A stretch of 64,000 nucleotides of DNA, taken from the NCBI GenBank assembly GCA_963821525.1, contig CAWGED010000004.1, positions 64,001-128,000 on the forward strand, in the 5' to 3' direction. This DNA comes from an uncultured Gemmatimonadales bacterium (GTDB lineage Bacteria; Gemmatimonadota; Gemmatimonadetes; Gemmatimonadales; GWC2-71-9). A program made the position numbers and the translations under genes. Each line of letters opens with the position of its first letter. The stretch's first letter is position 1. This document shows, piece after piece, positions 52,141 through 63,687 of this stretch. Under the pieces are notes generated by a model that had not been told where the DNA came from, did not search any database, and saw only the letters and a list, made by a program, of their open reading frames with translations.

Positions 52141-52807
52141 ATGCCGCTCGTTTCGATGAAGGACCTGCTCCTGTTCGCCTTGAAGGATCTGCACAGCGCG
52201 GAGACACAGTTGGCGAGGACTCTGCCCGCCATGATCAAAGGCTCGGGCGCTCCGAGCCTGCGTCGCGCGCTGAATCATCACCTTCGGCGGACCGAGGAGC
52301 ACGTGGACCGTTTGCAGGTCATCTGCGAGGCCCTCGAAACCTTCCCCGGCGGCCAGCGCTGCCGCGGCATGGAAGGGATGATCGAGGAAGTACGCACCGT
52401 CCTTCGCTCCATCGGAACCCAAAGCGTGGTTGATGCCGCCATCATCGCCGTGGCCCAGCGCATCTCCCATTACGAGATTGCCGCTTACGCAGTGCGCCAG
52501 GACCTATGCCGCCATGCTCGGACTGGACGACATCGCCGATCTGCTGGCGATGAGTCTCCAGGAAGAGGAAGCGGTGGAGACCGAGCTCACAGATATCGCG
52601 AACGAAGAAGTGAATGATCGGGCCCTCGTTGGGATGACGGAGTCAGAGCACTTGAGCCCGCTCGAAAACTTTCTGGACCCCGCAGGACGCCTGCCACATC
52701 GAAGGGAATCGGCACCGAAACCGGTGCCGGTTTCCCTCCCACCTCGATCGGGAGAGATGAGCAGGAATGGTGTGACAGTTGCCACATCCGGTCCAGGGAC
52801 ATGCTGA
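52141..52807 (+). CDS. DUF892/YciF ferritin-like protein, frameshift near 52495
   Basis: LKDLHSAETQL; CRGMEGMIEE; AQRISHYEIAAY; SLQEEEAV. Confidence 0.85.
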
Positions 52808-52830
52808 TAGGTTGACTTTACGGATCGATA

Positions 52831-52932
52831 GGACGGGCTGACGGTTGTCCGTCCACCTTGTCGGATGGGGTTGAGCCCCATCAGGTGAAGGCGCGCTGAG
52901 CTGAAATTCAGGCTCTCGCGCCTTCGCTGCTT
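52831..52932 (+). ncRNA. Candidate leader RNA, copy D
   Basis: GGACGGGC/GTCCGTCC-A-CCTTGTCG-GATGGGG/CCCCATC-AGGTGAAGGCGCG...CGCGCCTT. Confidence 0.68.
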
Positions 52933-52975
52933 CCGGTCTCGATGGCGCACTCTGGCATCGCGAGTGGAGGATTGA

Positions 52976-53593
52976 ATGTCGATCAAACGTCTACTTCGCG
53001 TCCTCGCATTCGGCCTCATGCTCGCCGGACTCGCGACGATTATTCCGTCCCGGGTCCACGCTCAGAATAGTCATGAAAGCAGCACCAGTCTGGGCGTCTG
53101 GGCCGCGATGTCCGCGCCGCTGGGCTCGGATCGCAGTGCAAGCTTGATCGGTACCAGCATCAACCGGCGCAACAGTTTTGCCGGCGGTGCCCGGCTCACG
53201 TTCTGGGGCACCAATATCCTGGGTGTTGAGGCAGTCGCCGGATTGACGCCGGCCAAAGTGGTGGCCGGAGCCAACATTAACGAGACCCGCAGCCTCGACG
53301 TCTTCGCCGGTGGGGTCAAGCTGATGGTCGGGTTGAGTCCCAGCATGTCGCCGGTAGGATTTCACGTGGGCGCGGGTCCCGCGATCGTACGTCGCGGTCA
53401 CTACGGCCTCGACCAATCGACTAGTAAGACGAACTTGGGCGGCCTCTTTGGAGCGGGCTTCAGGTTCCCTATTAACCAGACACTTGGGTTCCGGCTGGAC
53501 GTGGAAGACTACGTATACAACGCTTCGATCGAAGGCAAAGGGAAAACCCAAAATGATCTTATCACTTCGGCCGGCCTGACAATCAAATTCTGA
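52976..53593 (+). CDS. Outer-membrane beta-barrel (OmpA/OmpW-like, 8-stranded)
   Basis: Signal peptide, alternating beta strands, C-terminal Phe. Confidence 0.8.
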   Translation: MSIKRLLRVLAFGLMLAGLATIIPSRVHAQNSHESSTSLGVWAAMSAPLGSDRSASLIGTSINRRNSFAGGARLTFWGTNILGVEAVAGLTPAKVVAGANINETRSLDVFAGGVKLMVGLSPSMSPVGFHVGAGPAIVRRGHYGLDQSTSKTNLGGLFGAGFRFPINQTLGFRLDVEDYVYNASIEGKGKTQNDLITSAGLTIKF

Positions 53594-53670
53594 TCAGCCC
53601 ACCGTCCGAAGTGAAAGGGTCCAGCGCCTCCCCGGTGCTGGGCCCTTGCTTCACGTACAGCGGTCGATGG

Positions 53671-54929
<1,259 letters not shown>

Positions 54930-55051
54930 GGAGGTAGGGAGTAGGTGGTGGGGTAGTGGGTGGATGGGGGGTCCAGGTGGTCGGTGGGGAGCAGAGGGAT
55001 CGGAGAGTCGCAGTTCCCTACCCACTCCCTACACCCTACAACCCACGCCAA

Positions 55052-55753
55052 TCACTGCAGCCCCCTCACCTTTATCCCCCGATACGCCACCCGATCGCCG
55101 TGGTCCTGGATCGCGATATGACCGCGGGTCGCGCGACCGTAACCTGGCCACTGCGCGAACTTGCTCGCCTTGACCTTCGCCTCCCAGTCGGGACTTCCCA
55201 GCTCGTACTCCACCGCCTTGGTCCCATTGAGCCAGTGCTCCACATGGTTTCCGTTCACGACTATCCGGACGGAGTTCCATTCGCCGACTGGCTTGAGGAG
55301 ACCAGCGGGTGAGGGGTAGAGCCCGAAACAGGAGCCGGCCGCGGTCAGTCGAGACTGGCCATCCTTGTGGCCGGCGTCGTCCAGCACCTGCATCTCGGGA
55401 CCGGTTTCGTAGGTAGCGTCGGCGTCCTCGGTGACCCGGTACATGATCCCGCTGTTGCCGCCCGGAGCGATCTTCCACTGCAGCGCGAGCTCGAAGTTGC
55501 CGAACTCGTCGTTGGTGATCAGGTCACCGCCTTCCCCGACTCGAGTGATCGCGCCGTCGACAACCTTCCAGCCGTCCGGTACACTGGTCTTCTTGAACCC
55601 GCGCCATCCATTCGTGGTCGAGCCATCGAACAGGAGTCGCCAGCCCTCCTGTTTCTCTTTCTCGGTCAGCATGTTGGGATTCTCCTGCGCACTGGCGAGC
55701 GTAGCAGGGAGCGACAGAGCAAACACAAGCAGTAATGAAGAGGCGGCGCGCAT
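55052..55753 (-). CDS. DUF1080 (3-keto-disaccharide hydrolase-like) protein
   Basis: GWRLLFDG; GGNSGI; EMQVLD; HIAIQDHG. Confidence 0.9.
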   Translation of the reverse strand: MRAASSLLLVFALSLPATLASAQENPNMLTEKEKQEGWRLLFDGSTTNGWRGFKKTSVPDGWKVVDGAITRVGEGGDLITNDEFGNFELALQWKIAPGGNSGIMYRVTEDADATYETGPEMQVLDDAGHKDGQSRLTAAGSCFGLYPSPAGLLKPVGEWNSVRIVVNGNHVEHWLNGTKAVEYELGSPDWEAKVKASKFAQWPGYGRATRGHIAIQDHGDRVAYRGIKVRGLQ

Positions 55754-55761
55754 GGCGAGAA

Positions 55762-56178
55762 TCAGAGCTGGAGGGGAGTACGTTCATGAGGAGACAATTT
55801 GAACACCAAGCCATAGATGATCCCGCTTGCTATCCAGGCAAACGGAAAGGCTAGCAAGAGCTGCCCCCCGAAGGGACCAAGGACCAGACCTCCGATCCAC
55901 ACGAGGATCGGTGCGAGCACAGCGGCGAACAATCTGCGGCGACGAGCGTCCTTGCCTCGGCCGAGTAGGTGAATGGCCCAGCCGAGGAGCAAGACCGTCG
56001 GCAGGGCGATCAGAAGAAGCCCCGGTGCCTCGAACACCCCCCAAGCGCCCGCCTGATACCGAAGCTCGGCAGGATTGAACCCCCACATGCCCCTGACGGC
56101 GCCCTCTACCAGGCCGAGCACGCAGGTGAGCGGCAGGAAGATGGCCAGGTAGCGGAGGAGGTTGGTGAGGAAGAGCAT
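55762..56178 (-). CDS. Hypothetical membrane protein
   Basis: About 4 hydrophobic segments from MLFLTNLL. Confidence 0.6.
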   Translation of the reverse strand: MLFLTNLLRYLAIFLPLTCVLGLVEGAVRGMWGFNPAELRYQAGAWGVFEAPGLLLIALPTVLLLGWAIHLLGRGKDARRRRLFAAVLAPILVWIGGLVLGPFGGQLLLAFPFAWIASGIIYGLVFKLSPHERTPLQL

Positions 56179-56346
56179 GGAGGTGTCAGGTGTCGGTGGA
56201 GAAAGGATACGTTTCAGCCGCCCACTCCGATAGTAAGTCTTGCTGGACGAGAACCCTGAGGCGAGGTAGGTTCGCTGTCGCCAGGTTCTCATTGTCGCTT
56301 GGAAGCCCCGTTCCCTGTTTCCCTGTACCCCGTTCCCGCGTTTCTC

Positions 56347-56736
56347 ATGCCTCGCCCAATTCACTTCGAGATTCACGCTGACAATCCGTCACGCGCCGTG
56401 AAGTTCTACGAAAGCCTCCTCGGCTGGCAGTTTACCAAGTGGGAAGGCCCGATGGAGTATTGGCTCATCAAGACCGGAAGCGAAGGTACACCGGGCATTG
56501 ATGGCGGCCTCGTGAAGCGCATGGGGTCGCCCCCGGCGGAAGCCGCTGCCGTGAACGCCTATGTCTGCACCGTAGACACTGACTCGGTGGATCAGACCAT
56601 CGAGAAGCTGACGGTTCTCGGCGGTAAGGTGGCGCTCCCCAAGATGGCTGTTCCCGGAGTGGGCTGGCTCGCGTATGGAAAGGACACGGAGGGCAACATC
56701 CTCGGATTCATGCAGGCCGATCCGCTCGCCAAATAG
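56347..56736 (+). CDS. VOC/glyoxalase family protein
   Basis: IHFEIHAD; GIDGGL; DTEGNILG. Confidence 0.9.
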   Translation: MPRPIHFEIHADNPSRAVKFYESLLGWQFTKWEGPMEYWLIKTGSEGTPGIDGGLVKRMGSPPAEAAAVNAYVCTVDTDSVDQTIEKLTVLGGKVALPKMAVPGVGWLAYGKDTEGNILGFMQADPLAK

Positions 56737-56742
56737 GAGGCC

Positions 56743-57225
56743 ATGAGCCGAGCGCTGCTGGCCCTCCTGTTTCTTCTTCCAGCAGGCCTTGCCGCCCAGG
56801 CAAGAAAGAGCGCCTTCTTTTTCGAGTTCGGCGGCGCCGGCGGCTATGGCTCAGCCAACCTCGAGTTGGGCCTGAGCCAGCGGCTGCGGGTGCGAGGCGG
56901 AGCCGGCCTGATGTGGATCTGGCCCACCTTTCCGGTCACCGCATCGGTGCTGGTGGGACATGGCGCGCACCTCCTCGAAGTCGGAGGCGGTGCCACGTTC
57001 ATCGTCACTCCCGACGAGGGGTCTGGCGAAGACACACCACCCAATGATTTCATCGAGCACATTTTCTTCGCGGAGGGGCAAGGTACTCTCACCATGGCGA
57101 CGGGGATCGTGGGCTACCGCTGGCAGCCGGCGCATGGAGCAATGCTGCGCGCCGTGGTTACTCCGCTGTACTACGACGGAACCGTCCAGTTCTGGGGAGG
57201 GCTGTCCCTCGGATTCTCCTTCTGA
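56743..57225 (+). CDS. Hypothetical exported beta-barrel-like protein
   Basis: Signal peptide; C-terminal GLSLGFSF. Confidence 0.7.
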   Translation: MSRALLALLFLLPAGLAAQARKSAFFFEFGGAGGYGSANLELGLSQRLRVRGGAGLMWIWPTFPVTASVLVGHGAHLLEVGGGATFIVTPDEGSGEDTPPNDFIEHIFFAEGQGTLTMATGIVGYRWQPAHGAMLRAVVTPLYYDGTVQFWGGLSLGFSF

Positions 57226-57302
57226 AACCATCGCGTTTGTCACCCGGCCAGTCGCCACCTACCTTACGACCGGTTCCAATCCGATTCCTCAAACGCGGTT
57301 CC

Positions 57303-58715
57303 ATGATTCGCATCCGACGTACTGCCGCACTGTGGCTCGCCATTCTTCTGATTCCAATTTCGGCTCCCGCGCAATCGAGCCCATTCGACTACACCGCCCT
57401 GCGGGACGAAGCAGTTCAGCTCCTTTCCCAGTACCTGACGATCAACACCAGCAACCCGCCCGGCAACGAGCTGGCCACCGCGAGCTGGTTGAAGGAGGTG
57501 CTGGCCCGGGAGGGAATCCAAGGCCAGATCCTCGATACGGCGGAGCTGGGACCCGGTCGGGCCAATTTCTACGCCCGCCTCAAGGGCAACGGAAAGAAGA
57601 AGCCGATCGCCCTGGTACATCACATGGATGTGGTTCCGGTGACCGACAGCCAGTGGACGGTACCCGCCTTTCAAGGCTTGGTGAAGGACGGATACGTGTA
57701 TGGCCGCGGCGCGATCGACATGAAGGGCCACGGCATCATCCAGCTCATGGCCCTGATAGCGATCAAACGCTCCGGGATGCAGCTCGACCGGGACGTCGTC
57801 TACATCGCCAACGCGGATGAAGAGGTGAACGGCGATGGTGCCATCATCTTCGTCAAGCGGCACCCGGACCTGCTGCAGGATGTGGAATACCTGCTCACCG
57901 AAGGGGCGGACACGAGAGTAGAAGGCGGCAAGGTTCGCTGGTTCGGCATCGACGTGGGGGAGAAGCGTCCCCTCTGGACTCGGCTCGTGGTGGAAGGAAA
58001 GACTTCCCACGGCTCGGTGCCGATGGGGGATCAGAATCCGGTGCCAAGACTGGCGAGGGCGATCGAGCGAGTTTCGGCCTGGCAGACACCCCTCCGACTC
58101 ACTCCGGCGGTGGAGCGGTTCTTCAAGGCGCTCGCCACGATCGAGACCAGCCCCGAAGGCCGGAAGTATCTGGCCGATCCACACACAGCGCTCAGGTCAC
58201 CGGCCGGGCGGGCGTGGCTCCTGAGTGAGCCGGAGCGCAACGCTCTGTTGCGCAACACGATCTCACCGACCGTTCTGGTGGGTAGCAACAAGACCAATAC
58301 CATTCCCCAGCGGGCCACGGCCGACCTCGATATCCGGTTGCTTCCCGATGAGGATCCCGTTGCCTTTACGAAGGAATTGCGCCGGATCATCGCTGACACC
58401 AGTGTCAAGCTGGAGGAGATCGCACCGATTCCTCCCCGTTATGACGCGCCGCTCGACACCGAGCTGTTCAATGCAATCGAGCACGTCGCTGGAGAGGTGC
58501 TGCCCGGGATCCCGATCGCGACCCCGGTGAGCCCCGGCGCCAGCGACCGGCCGAGTTACGCCCAGGCCGGCATTATTACCTATGGGCTCGATCCGTATCT
58601 GATTCCTATTGAAGAGAACCGCTACGAGGTGCACGGAAACGACGAGCGGTTGTCGATAGACAACGTGGGTTGGGGAGTGAAGTTCTACCTGTTGCTCTTA
58701 TCCGGGATGCGATAG
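57303..58715 (+). CDS. M20/M25/M40 metallopeptidase
   Basis: HHMDVVP; GRGAIDMKG; ADEE; HGNDER. Confidence 0.92.
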   Translation: MIRIRRTAALWLAILLIPISAPAQSSPFDYTALRDEAVQLLSQYLTINTSNPPGNELATASWLKEVLAREGIQGQILDTAELGPGRANFYARLKGNGKKKPIALVHHMDVVPVTDSQWTVPAFQGLVKDGYVYGRGAIDMKGHGIIQLMALIAIKRSGMQLDRDVVYIANADEEVNGDGAIIFVKRHPDLLQDVEYLLTEGADTRVEGGKVRWFGIDVGEKRPLWTRLVVEGKTSHGSVPMGDQNPVPRLARAIERVSAWQTPLRLTPAVERFFKALATIETSPEGRKYLADPHTALRSPAGRAWLLSEPERNALLRNTISPTVLVGSNKTNTIPQRATADLDIRLLPDEDPVAFTKELRRIIADTSVKLEEIAPIPPRYDAPLDTELFNAIEHVAGEVLPGIPIATPVSPGASDRPSYAQAGIITYGLDPYLIPIEENRYEVHGNDERLSIDNVGWGVKFYLLLLSGMR

Positions 58716-58717
58716 CC

Positions 58718-59650
58718 ATGGCGGAAGGACTGCACTTTCACACGCTCGACGTCTTCACCGATCGTCCCTTCGGCGGGAATCAGCTCGCTGTGTTCCCCGA
58801 GGCTCCCGAACTGGCCAAGGACGAAATGCAGCGGATCGCGGCCGAGTTCAACCTGTCCGAGACGGTCTTCGTACGACCGGCGCGAGATCCGCGAAATACC
58901 CGCCACCTCCGCATCTTTACTCCTGCGGAGGAGCTGCCGTTTGCCGGGCACCCGACGATCGGCACCGCACACCTGCTCGCCGCGCTTCGGGCCTTCCCGC
59001 TCAAAGGCGATAGAACGAACATAGTCCTGGAAGAGGAAGCGGGACCGGTTCAGGTCACCATCACGCAGCGAAAGGGGAAGCTGCCCTTCGTGGAGCTGGC
59101 GGCACCGGCACTTCCCACTTTCGGCCCGCCACCTCCGCACGCGTCGGAGCTGGCTGCAGTGCTCAATCTCGAGCCCGGAGACCTCCTGGATGGCGCCGAC
59201 GCGCCGCAGGCCTGCTCGTGCGGCGTTCCTTACCTTTTCGTTCCAGTGCGGGATCGGACGGTCCTCGCCCGGGTTCAGGTCGATGGGGGCGCCTGGCGAG
59301 CGGTCCTGGCTCACTACTGGGCACCGGCGGTCTACGTCTTCTGCCGGGACCCGGAGCTGAAAGGATCTACGCTGCGTGCCCGGATGTTCGGCCCCGGCCT
59401 GGGAATCGTCGAAGATCCCGCCACCGGTTCCGCCGCGGCGGCGATAGCGGGCTACCTCGCTTCGCGGGAGTCCACACGGGAAGGCACGCTGCGCTGGCGA
59501 ATCGAGCAGGGCTTCGAAATGGGCAGGCCCAGCCTGCTCGACGTCGAGGCCGATATTCGGCAGGGGAAGGTGAAGCAGGTGAGGGTGGGAGGCACCGCGG
59601 TGCGGATCAGCGACGGAGAGCTTCGGCCGCTGCCTACTAGCTCTCGTTAA
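58718..59650 (+). CDS. PhzF family isomerase
   Basis: FGGNQLAV; ELPFAGHPT; EDPATGSA. Confidence 0.92.
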   Translation: MAEGLHFHTLDVFTDRPFGGNQLAVFPEAPELAKDEMQRIAAEFNLSETVFVRPARDPRNTRHLRIFTPAEELPFAGHPTIGTAHLLAALRAFPLKGDRTNIVLEEEAGPVQVTITQRKGKLPFVELAAPALPTFGPPPPHASELAAVLNLEPGDLLDGADAPQACSCGVPYLFVPVRDRTVLARVQVDGGAWRAVLAHYWAPAVYVFCRDPELKGSTLRARMFGPGLGIVEDPATGSAAAAIAGYLASRESTREGTLRWRIEQGFEMGRPSLLDVEADIRQGKVKQVRVGGTAVRISDGELRPLPTSSR

Positions 59651-59657
59651 GGCCGGT

Positions 59658-60200
59658 ATGCGGGCTCGCCTAGTTCTCATAGCGGGTCTTCTCGGCTGTG
59701 CCAGTCCGGACCTGGGCCCACCTGCTCCCCACGTCCTTCCGCCCACGCTCGATCTGGGGAGTGAGGGCCGGTACACTATCGGCGAACAGGCACCGTTCAA
59801 CAGGCTGTACCGGATGGGATCACCCGCGGACACGTTCGCGCTCCATGGAGTTCTCGATACGCGGGGCTCATCTACATGGCCCATCCTGGACGCGCTGATT
59901 CGGTAATGAGTATTCAGGTCAGCGTGGCAAAGTCCGGAGAGCTGCGGTGTATATCTGTGGAGTTCGGACCGAAGCTGGGCTACCGCTACATGCGGGACTA
60001 CTACCAATCTCTCTATGGTCCTCCCATCAACGAGCGGAGAGACCAATTCGGTTGGTTCGCTCTATGGGGCGACGCCTATCTTGCTTTTGGAGTTGCCGCG
60101 GGACCCTTCTCCTACGACAAGGGACCCGTCGTCCTCGCTCTCGGTGAACGGGACCCGGACAGGATTTGCACTCACGTGACTATCACGGCAAGTGCTAAGG
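59658..60200 (+). CDS. Hypothetical lipoprotein, probably split by frameshift; end uncertain
   Basis: LLGC lipobox ORF 59658-59906 with apparent continuation in the frame of ORF 59876. Confidence 0.4.
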
Positions 60201-60836
60201 ATGGAAATCCTCGCCCCCGAGATCTCTCGCTACCTCGATTCGCTGGTCCCGCCTCGCGACCCCGAGCTCCAAGCCATGGAAGCCGCGGCGGCCAAGACCA
60301 ACTTCCCGATCATCGGCCCGGCGGCTGGCTACTTCTGCTATCTGGTAACCCGTCTCTCCGGCGCCCGCAGCGTCTTCGAACTGGGCAGCGGCTTCGGTTA
60401 CTCGACCGCGTGGTTTGCCCGGGGAGTGAAGGAAAACGGAGGCGGGGTTGTGCATCACACAGTGTGGGACGCCGAGCTCTCCGATCGCGCCCGGGGGCAT
60501 CTCACGGCACTCGGCCTCGACGACCTGGTCCAATACCACACCGCCGAGGCTGTCGCCACGCTGCGGGAAACGCCGGGACCGTTCGATCTCATCTTCAACG
60601 ACATCGACAAGGCCGGGTACCCCGCGTCCCTTCCCGTCATCTACTCCAAGCTCCGTCCCGGCGGAGTCCTGATCGTGGACAACCTGCTCTGGAGCGCAAA
60701 GGTGCTCGATCAGAGTGACCGCTCCGCAGACACCGAGGGCGTCCGGGAGTTTACCCGGCTGGTCATGAACGACCCGCACTGGACAGCCAGCATCGTCCCG
60801 ATCCGGGACGGGGTGCTCTTCGCGACGAGACGGTAG
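60201..60836 (+). CDS. Class I SAM-dependent O-methyltransferase
   Basis: FELGSGFGYS; FDLIFNDIDK; LIVDNLLW. Confidence 0.9.
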   Translation: MEILAPEISRYLDSLVPPRDPELQAMEAAAAKTNFPIIGPAAGYFCYLVTRLSGARSVFELGSGFGYSTAWFARGVKENGGGVVHHTVWDAELSDRARGHLTALGLDDLVQYHTAEAVATLRETPGPFDLIFNDIDKAGYPASLPVIYSKLRPGGVLIVDNLLWSAKVLDQSDRSADTEGVREFTRLVMNDPHWTASIVPIRDGVLFATRR

Positions 60837-60918
60837 AGTCCTGAACCCGGCGGAGGCCACGCCCCGTACGGTGGCCCATCACCTCCCCTTCAGGTCTCGT
60901 CCTCCTCAAGGTGTCCCC

Positions 60919-62580
60919 ATGCGCGTCTCACTCGCCTGTGCGCTCCTGCTCCTGGCTGCCAATACCGCGGTGGCCCAGATGGCCAGTCGGGCAGCCACCT
61001 CCAGCGACATCACCGCCAAGGATCTGCGAGTCAGGCTCTTCCTCCTGGCCGACGACTCGATGGGAGGACGGGAGCCGGGATCCATCGGGAATTTCAAGGC
61101 CGCCGAATACATCGCGAGCGAGTTCAAGCGACTTGGCTTGAAGCCCGGTGGTGAAGGCGGCACCTACTTCCAGCAGGTGCCCTTCGTGCGCGAGCAACTC
61201 GACGACCAGGCGTCGCTCGAAGGAGCCGGAGTGAAGATGCTGGCGGGACGGGACTTCATCCCCGCTCTGTGGATTCCTTCCCGCACTGGGCCACTGGCCG
61301 GCGCGGGCACGATCTATGGCGGCAACGCGGCTGATTCGACGACCTGGATCGACAGCTCTACCGCTGCAGGCCACCTGGTGGTGCTTGACTCGAGGCCAGG
61401 GCCAAAGGGCCGCGAATACGTCAAGATTCTGATTCCCGCGCGGAGCACGCGTTGGCAGGGGGCCGCAGCGCTCGCCTTTGCCGAGCTGGACCTGCTCGAT
61501 GTCGGGGTCCGTCAGATGGTGACCGACGGTCGGGTGAGTGTCGATGCGCAAGCCGAGACGTCCGGGCCTCCGGTCCTGATAATCACGCCGGAAGCGGCGC
61601 AGACGCTCTTCAGTTCTCCGTTGGAGGGCCTGTCGCCGGGCGCGGCCGGAAAGGCGGTACAGGGGAACGTCACGGCCAAGCGGGCGCCCACCGCGTATCC
61701 CGCCCGCAACGTGATCGCCATTATTCCCGGGAGCGATCCCAAGCTGCGTGGGGAGTACGTCTCGCTCACGGCGCACAACGATCACGTCGGCTTCGGGCAT
61801 GATCCGGTGGACCACGATTCGATCCGCGCCTTCAACCGCGTCGTGCGGCCCTTGGGGGCCGACAGTCCGGTTCGTGACGCGACCCCCGAGGAGATGGGCA
61901 AGATCCGCATCATCCTCGACAGCCTGCGGGCGATTCATAAGCCACGGGCCGATTCAATCCGCAATGGCGCCGACGACGACGGCACCGGCACCGTCTCCAT
62001 CCTCGAGCTCGCCGAGTCGTTCGCGAAAGGAAAGCATCGGCCGAAGCGCTCGCTGATTTTCATCTCCCACACTGGAGAGGAGTACGGCCTGGTAGGCTCG
62101 GCCTGGTTCACCGATCACCCGACGGTTTCCCGCGACTCGATCGTGGCCGAGATCGATCAGGACATGATCGGTCGGGGTGACAGCAGCGATCTACCCGGGG
62201 GCGGCCCCTCTTACCTCGAGGTTGTAGGCGCTCGCCGGCTTTCCACCGAGTTTGGGGATATGCTCGAAGCGGCTAATGCAGCCCAGCGGCCGCCTTTCGT
62301 GTTCAGCTACACCTACGACGCGCCGGGGCATCCCTCGCAGTACTACTGCCGGGCCGATCACTACAACTACGCGCGCTACGGGATCCCCAGCGTGGTCTTC
62401 TCCCGGGGAGAGCATCTCGACTATCATCAAGTCACCGACGAACCCCAGTACATCGACTACGACAACCTCGCCCGGGTGACCCGGATGGTACACGACGCGG
62501 CCCTTCGGGTTGCCAGCGCGGACCATCGCCCCGCTCTCGACAAGCCCAAGGGAGACCCCAAGGCGCCCTGCGTCCAATGA
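60919..62580 (+). CDS. M28 family peptidase
   Basis: AHNDH; NGADDDGTG; GEEYGL; DYHQVTD. Confidence 0.92.
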   Translation: MRVSLACALLLLAANTAVAQMASRAATSSDITAKDLRVRLFLLADDSMGGREPGSIGNFKAAEYIASEFKRLGLKPGGEGGTYFQQVPFVREQLDDQASLEGAGVKMLAGRDFIPALWIPSRTGPLAGAGTIYGGNAADSTTWIDSSTAAGHLVVLDSRPGPKGREYVKILIPARSTRWQGAAALAFAELDLLDVGVRQMVTDGRVSVDAQAETSGPPVLIITPEAAQTLFSSPLEGLSPGAAGKAVQGNVTAKRAPTAYPARNVIAIIPGSDPKLRGEYVSLTAHNDHVGFGHDPVDHDSIRAFNRVVRPLGADSPVRDATPEEMGKIRIILDSLRAIHKPRADSIRNGADDDGTGTVSILELAESFAKGKHRPKRSLIFISHTGEEYGLVGSAWFTDHPTVSRDSIVAEIDQDMIGRGDSSDLPGGGPSYLEVVGARRLSTEFGDMLEAANAAQRPPFVFSYTYDAPGHPSQYYCRADHYNYARYGIPSVVFSRGEHLDYHQVTDEPQYIDYDNLARVTRMVHDAALRVASADHRPALDKPKGDPKAPCVQ

Positions 62581-62595
62581 GGCGCGGTAACGTTC

Positions 62596-63021
62596 ATGAG
62601 CGATGTCATCCCCTTCACTCTGAAGGTTTCGGGCAAGGATCAATTCCGTGGCGTGAACGCCATCAGTACCTCCTACCGCTTTCATGGACGGTTGAGGTTC
62701 GATGGCGTATCGCTCTGGATCGAATGGACCGGCACCTACCGGGTCCAGGAGGTCGGGGCCCTGACCGTACGAGACGATGTGGCCCCGCTTCCCAACGAGT
62801 CTTTGATGGTTCCCCTCGCACGAGTGCTGAACGTGAGATTCCGTCGCGGCTGGCTGCGGCCTCGACTCGAACTATTGGGGCGGGACCTGGCGGTCTTTGA
62901 AACCGTGCCGGGTGAGGAGGAGGGAATCGCAAGACTATGGCTGGCACGCCAGGATCGCGAGATCGCGGCAAGCCTGGCAAGCGCAGTGAATCGGGCGATC
63001 GCTGAACTCTCCAACGCCTGA
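62596..63021 (+). CDS. Hypothetical protein
   Basis: ORF in operon context; no family recognised. Confidence 0.65.
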   Translation: MSDVIPFTLKVSGKDQFRGVNAISTSYRFHGRLRFDGVSLWIEWTGTYRVQEVGALTVRDDVAPLPNESLMVPLARVLNVRFRRGWLRPRLELLGRDLAVFETVPGEEEGIARLWLARQDREIAASLASAVNRAIAELSNA

Positions 63022-63105
63022 ACAAGCCCATCTTGGTGTGTGCTTGCCGGTGGGCTTCCCAACCGGCACTTTATTGCGAGTAATACCCGCCCAAATGGAG
63101 GATGT

Positions 63106-63606
63106 ATGCTCGCGGCACTCGGCTTGGCCTTAGTCCTGTCCGCCCCACCCGCCTTACCCGCCTCGTTCGCTCGGTCCGGTCCCTGCGATCTCCTCGATCG
63201 CGCGACGGCGAGTCAGCTGCTCGGCAAACCCATCGCCAGCATGGAACCATCGGGCCCCGAGCCCGACGAGGACAGCGGTGGGATGCGCAGCGTCTGCGTC
63301 TACCAGGCTGGGACCAGCATGCTGATGGTTATCCAGGAGACGTTCAAGAGCGCCGCGGCTGCAAGTGACCTCACCACCCAGGAGCTGGTAGGCGAGCGGT
63401 ACGGTGGCAATGAAGCCGTCACGGTGGAGGAAGCCAGCGGGCTGGGAGACCGAGGCTTCTGGATCCACAGCCCTACTGCCGCCGAGTACGTAGTTCTGAA
63501 AGGGGCTAAGGTTCTGGCACTCCTGCTGGGCGGGACCACAAGGGCACCCAACTCATACCAGGAATCTTTGCGGGCGGTGACGGCGGGGCTGCTGGCGAAG
63601 CTCTAG
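63106..63606 (+). CDS. Hypothetical exported protein (Cys pair)
   Basis: GGAGG RBS; signal peptide; PCDLL...CVY; GLGDRGF. Confidence 0.7.
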   Translation: MLAALGLALVLSAPPALPASFARSGPCDLLDRATASQLLGKPIASMEPSGPEPDEDSGGMRSVCVYQAGTSMLMVIQETFKSAAAASDLTTQELVGERYGGNEAVTVEEASGLGDRGFWIHSPTAAEYVVLKGAKVLALLLGGTTRAPNSYQESLRAVTAGLLAKL

Positions 63607-63687
63607 GTCGATCGCGGCTGCTGATTGATTTCAGGTTGAAGATTTGGACACGATTAATTGCAAAATTGGTAATTGCAAATTTCAAAT

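Noticed and set aside
58718..60836. PhzF plus O-methyltransferase as a phenazine cluster
   Set aside because: No phzA/B/D/E/G; stand-alone PhzF homologs are widespread.
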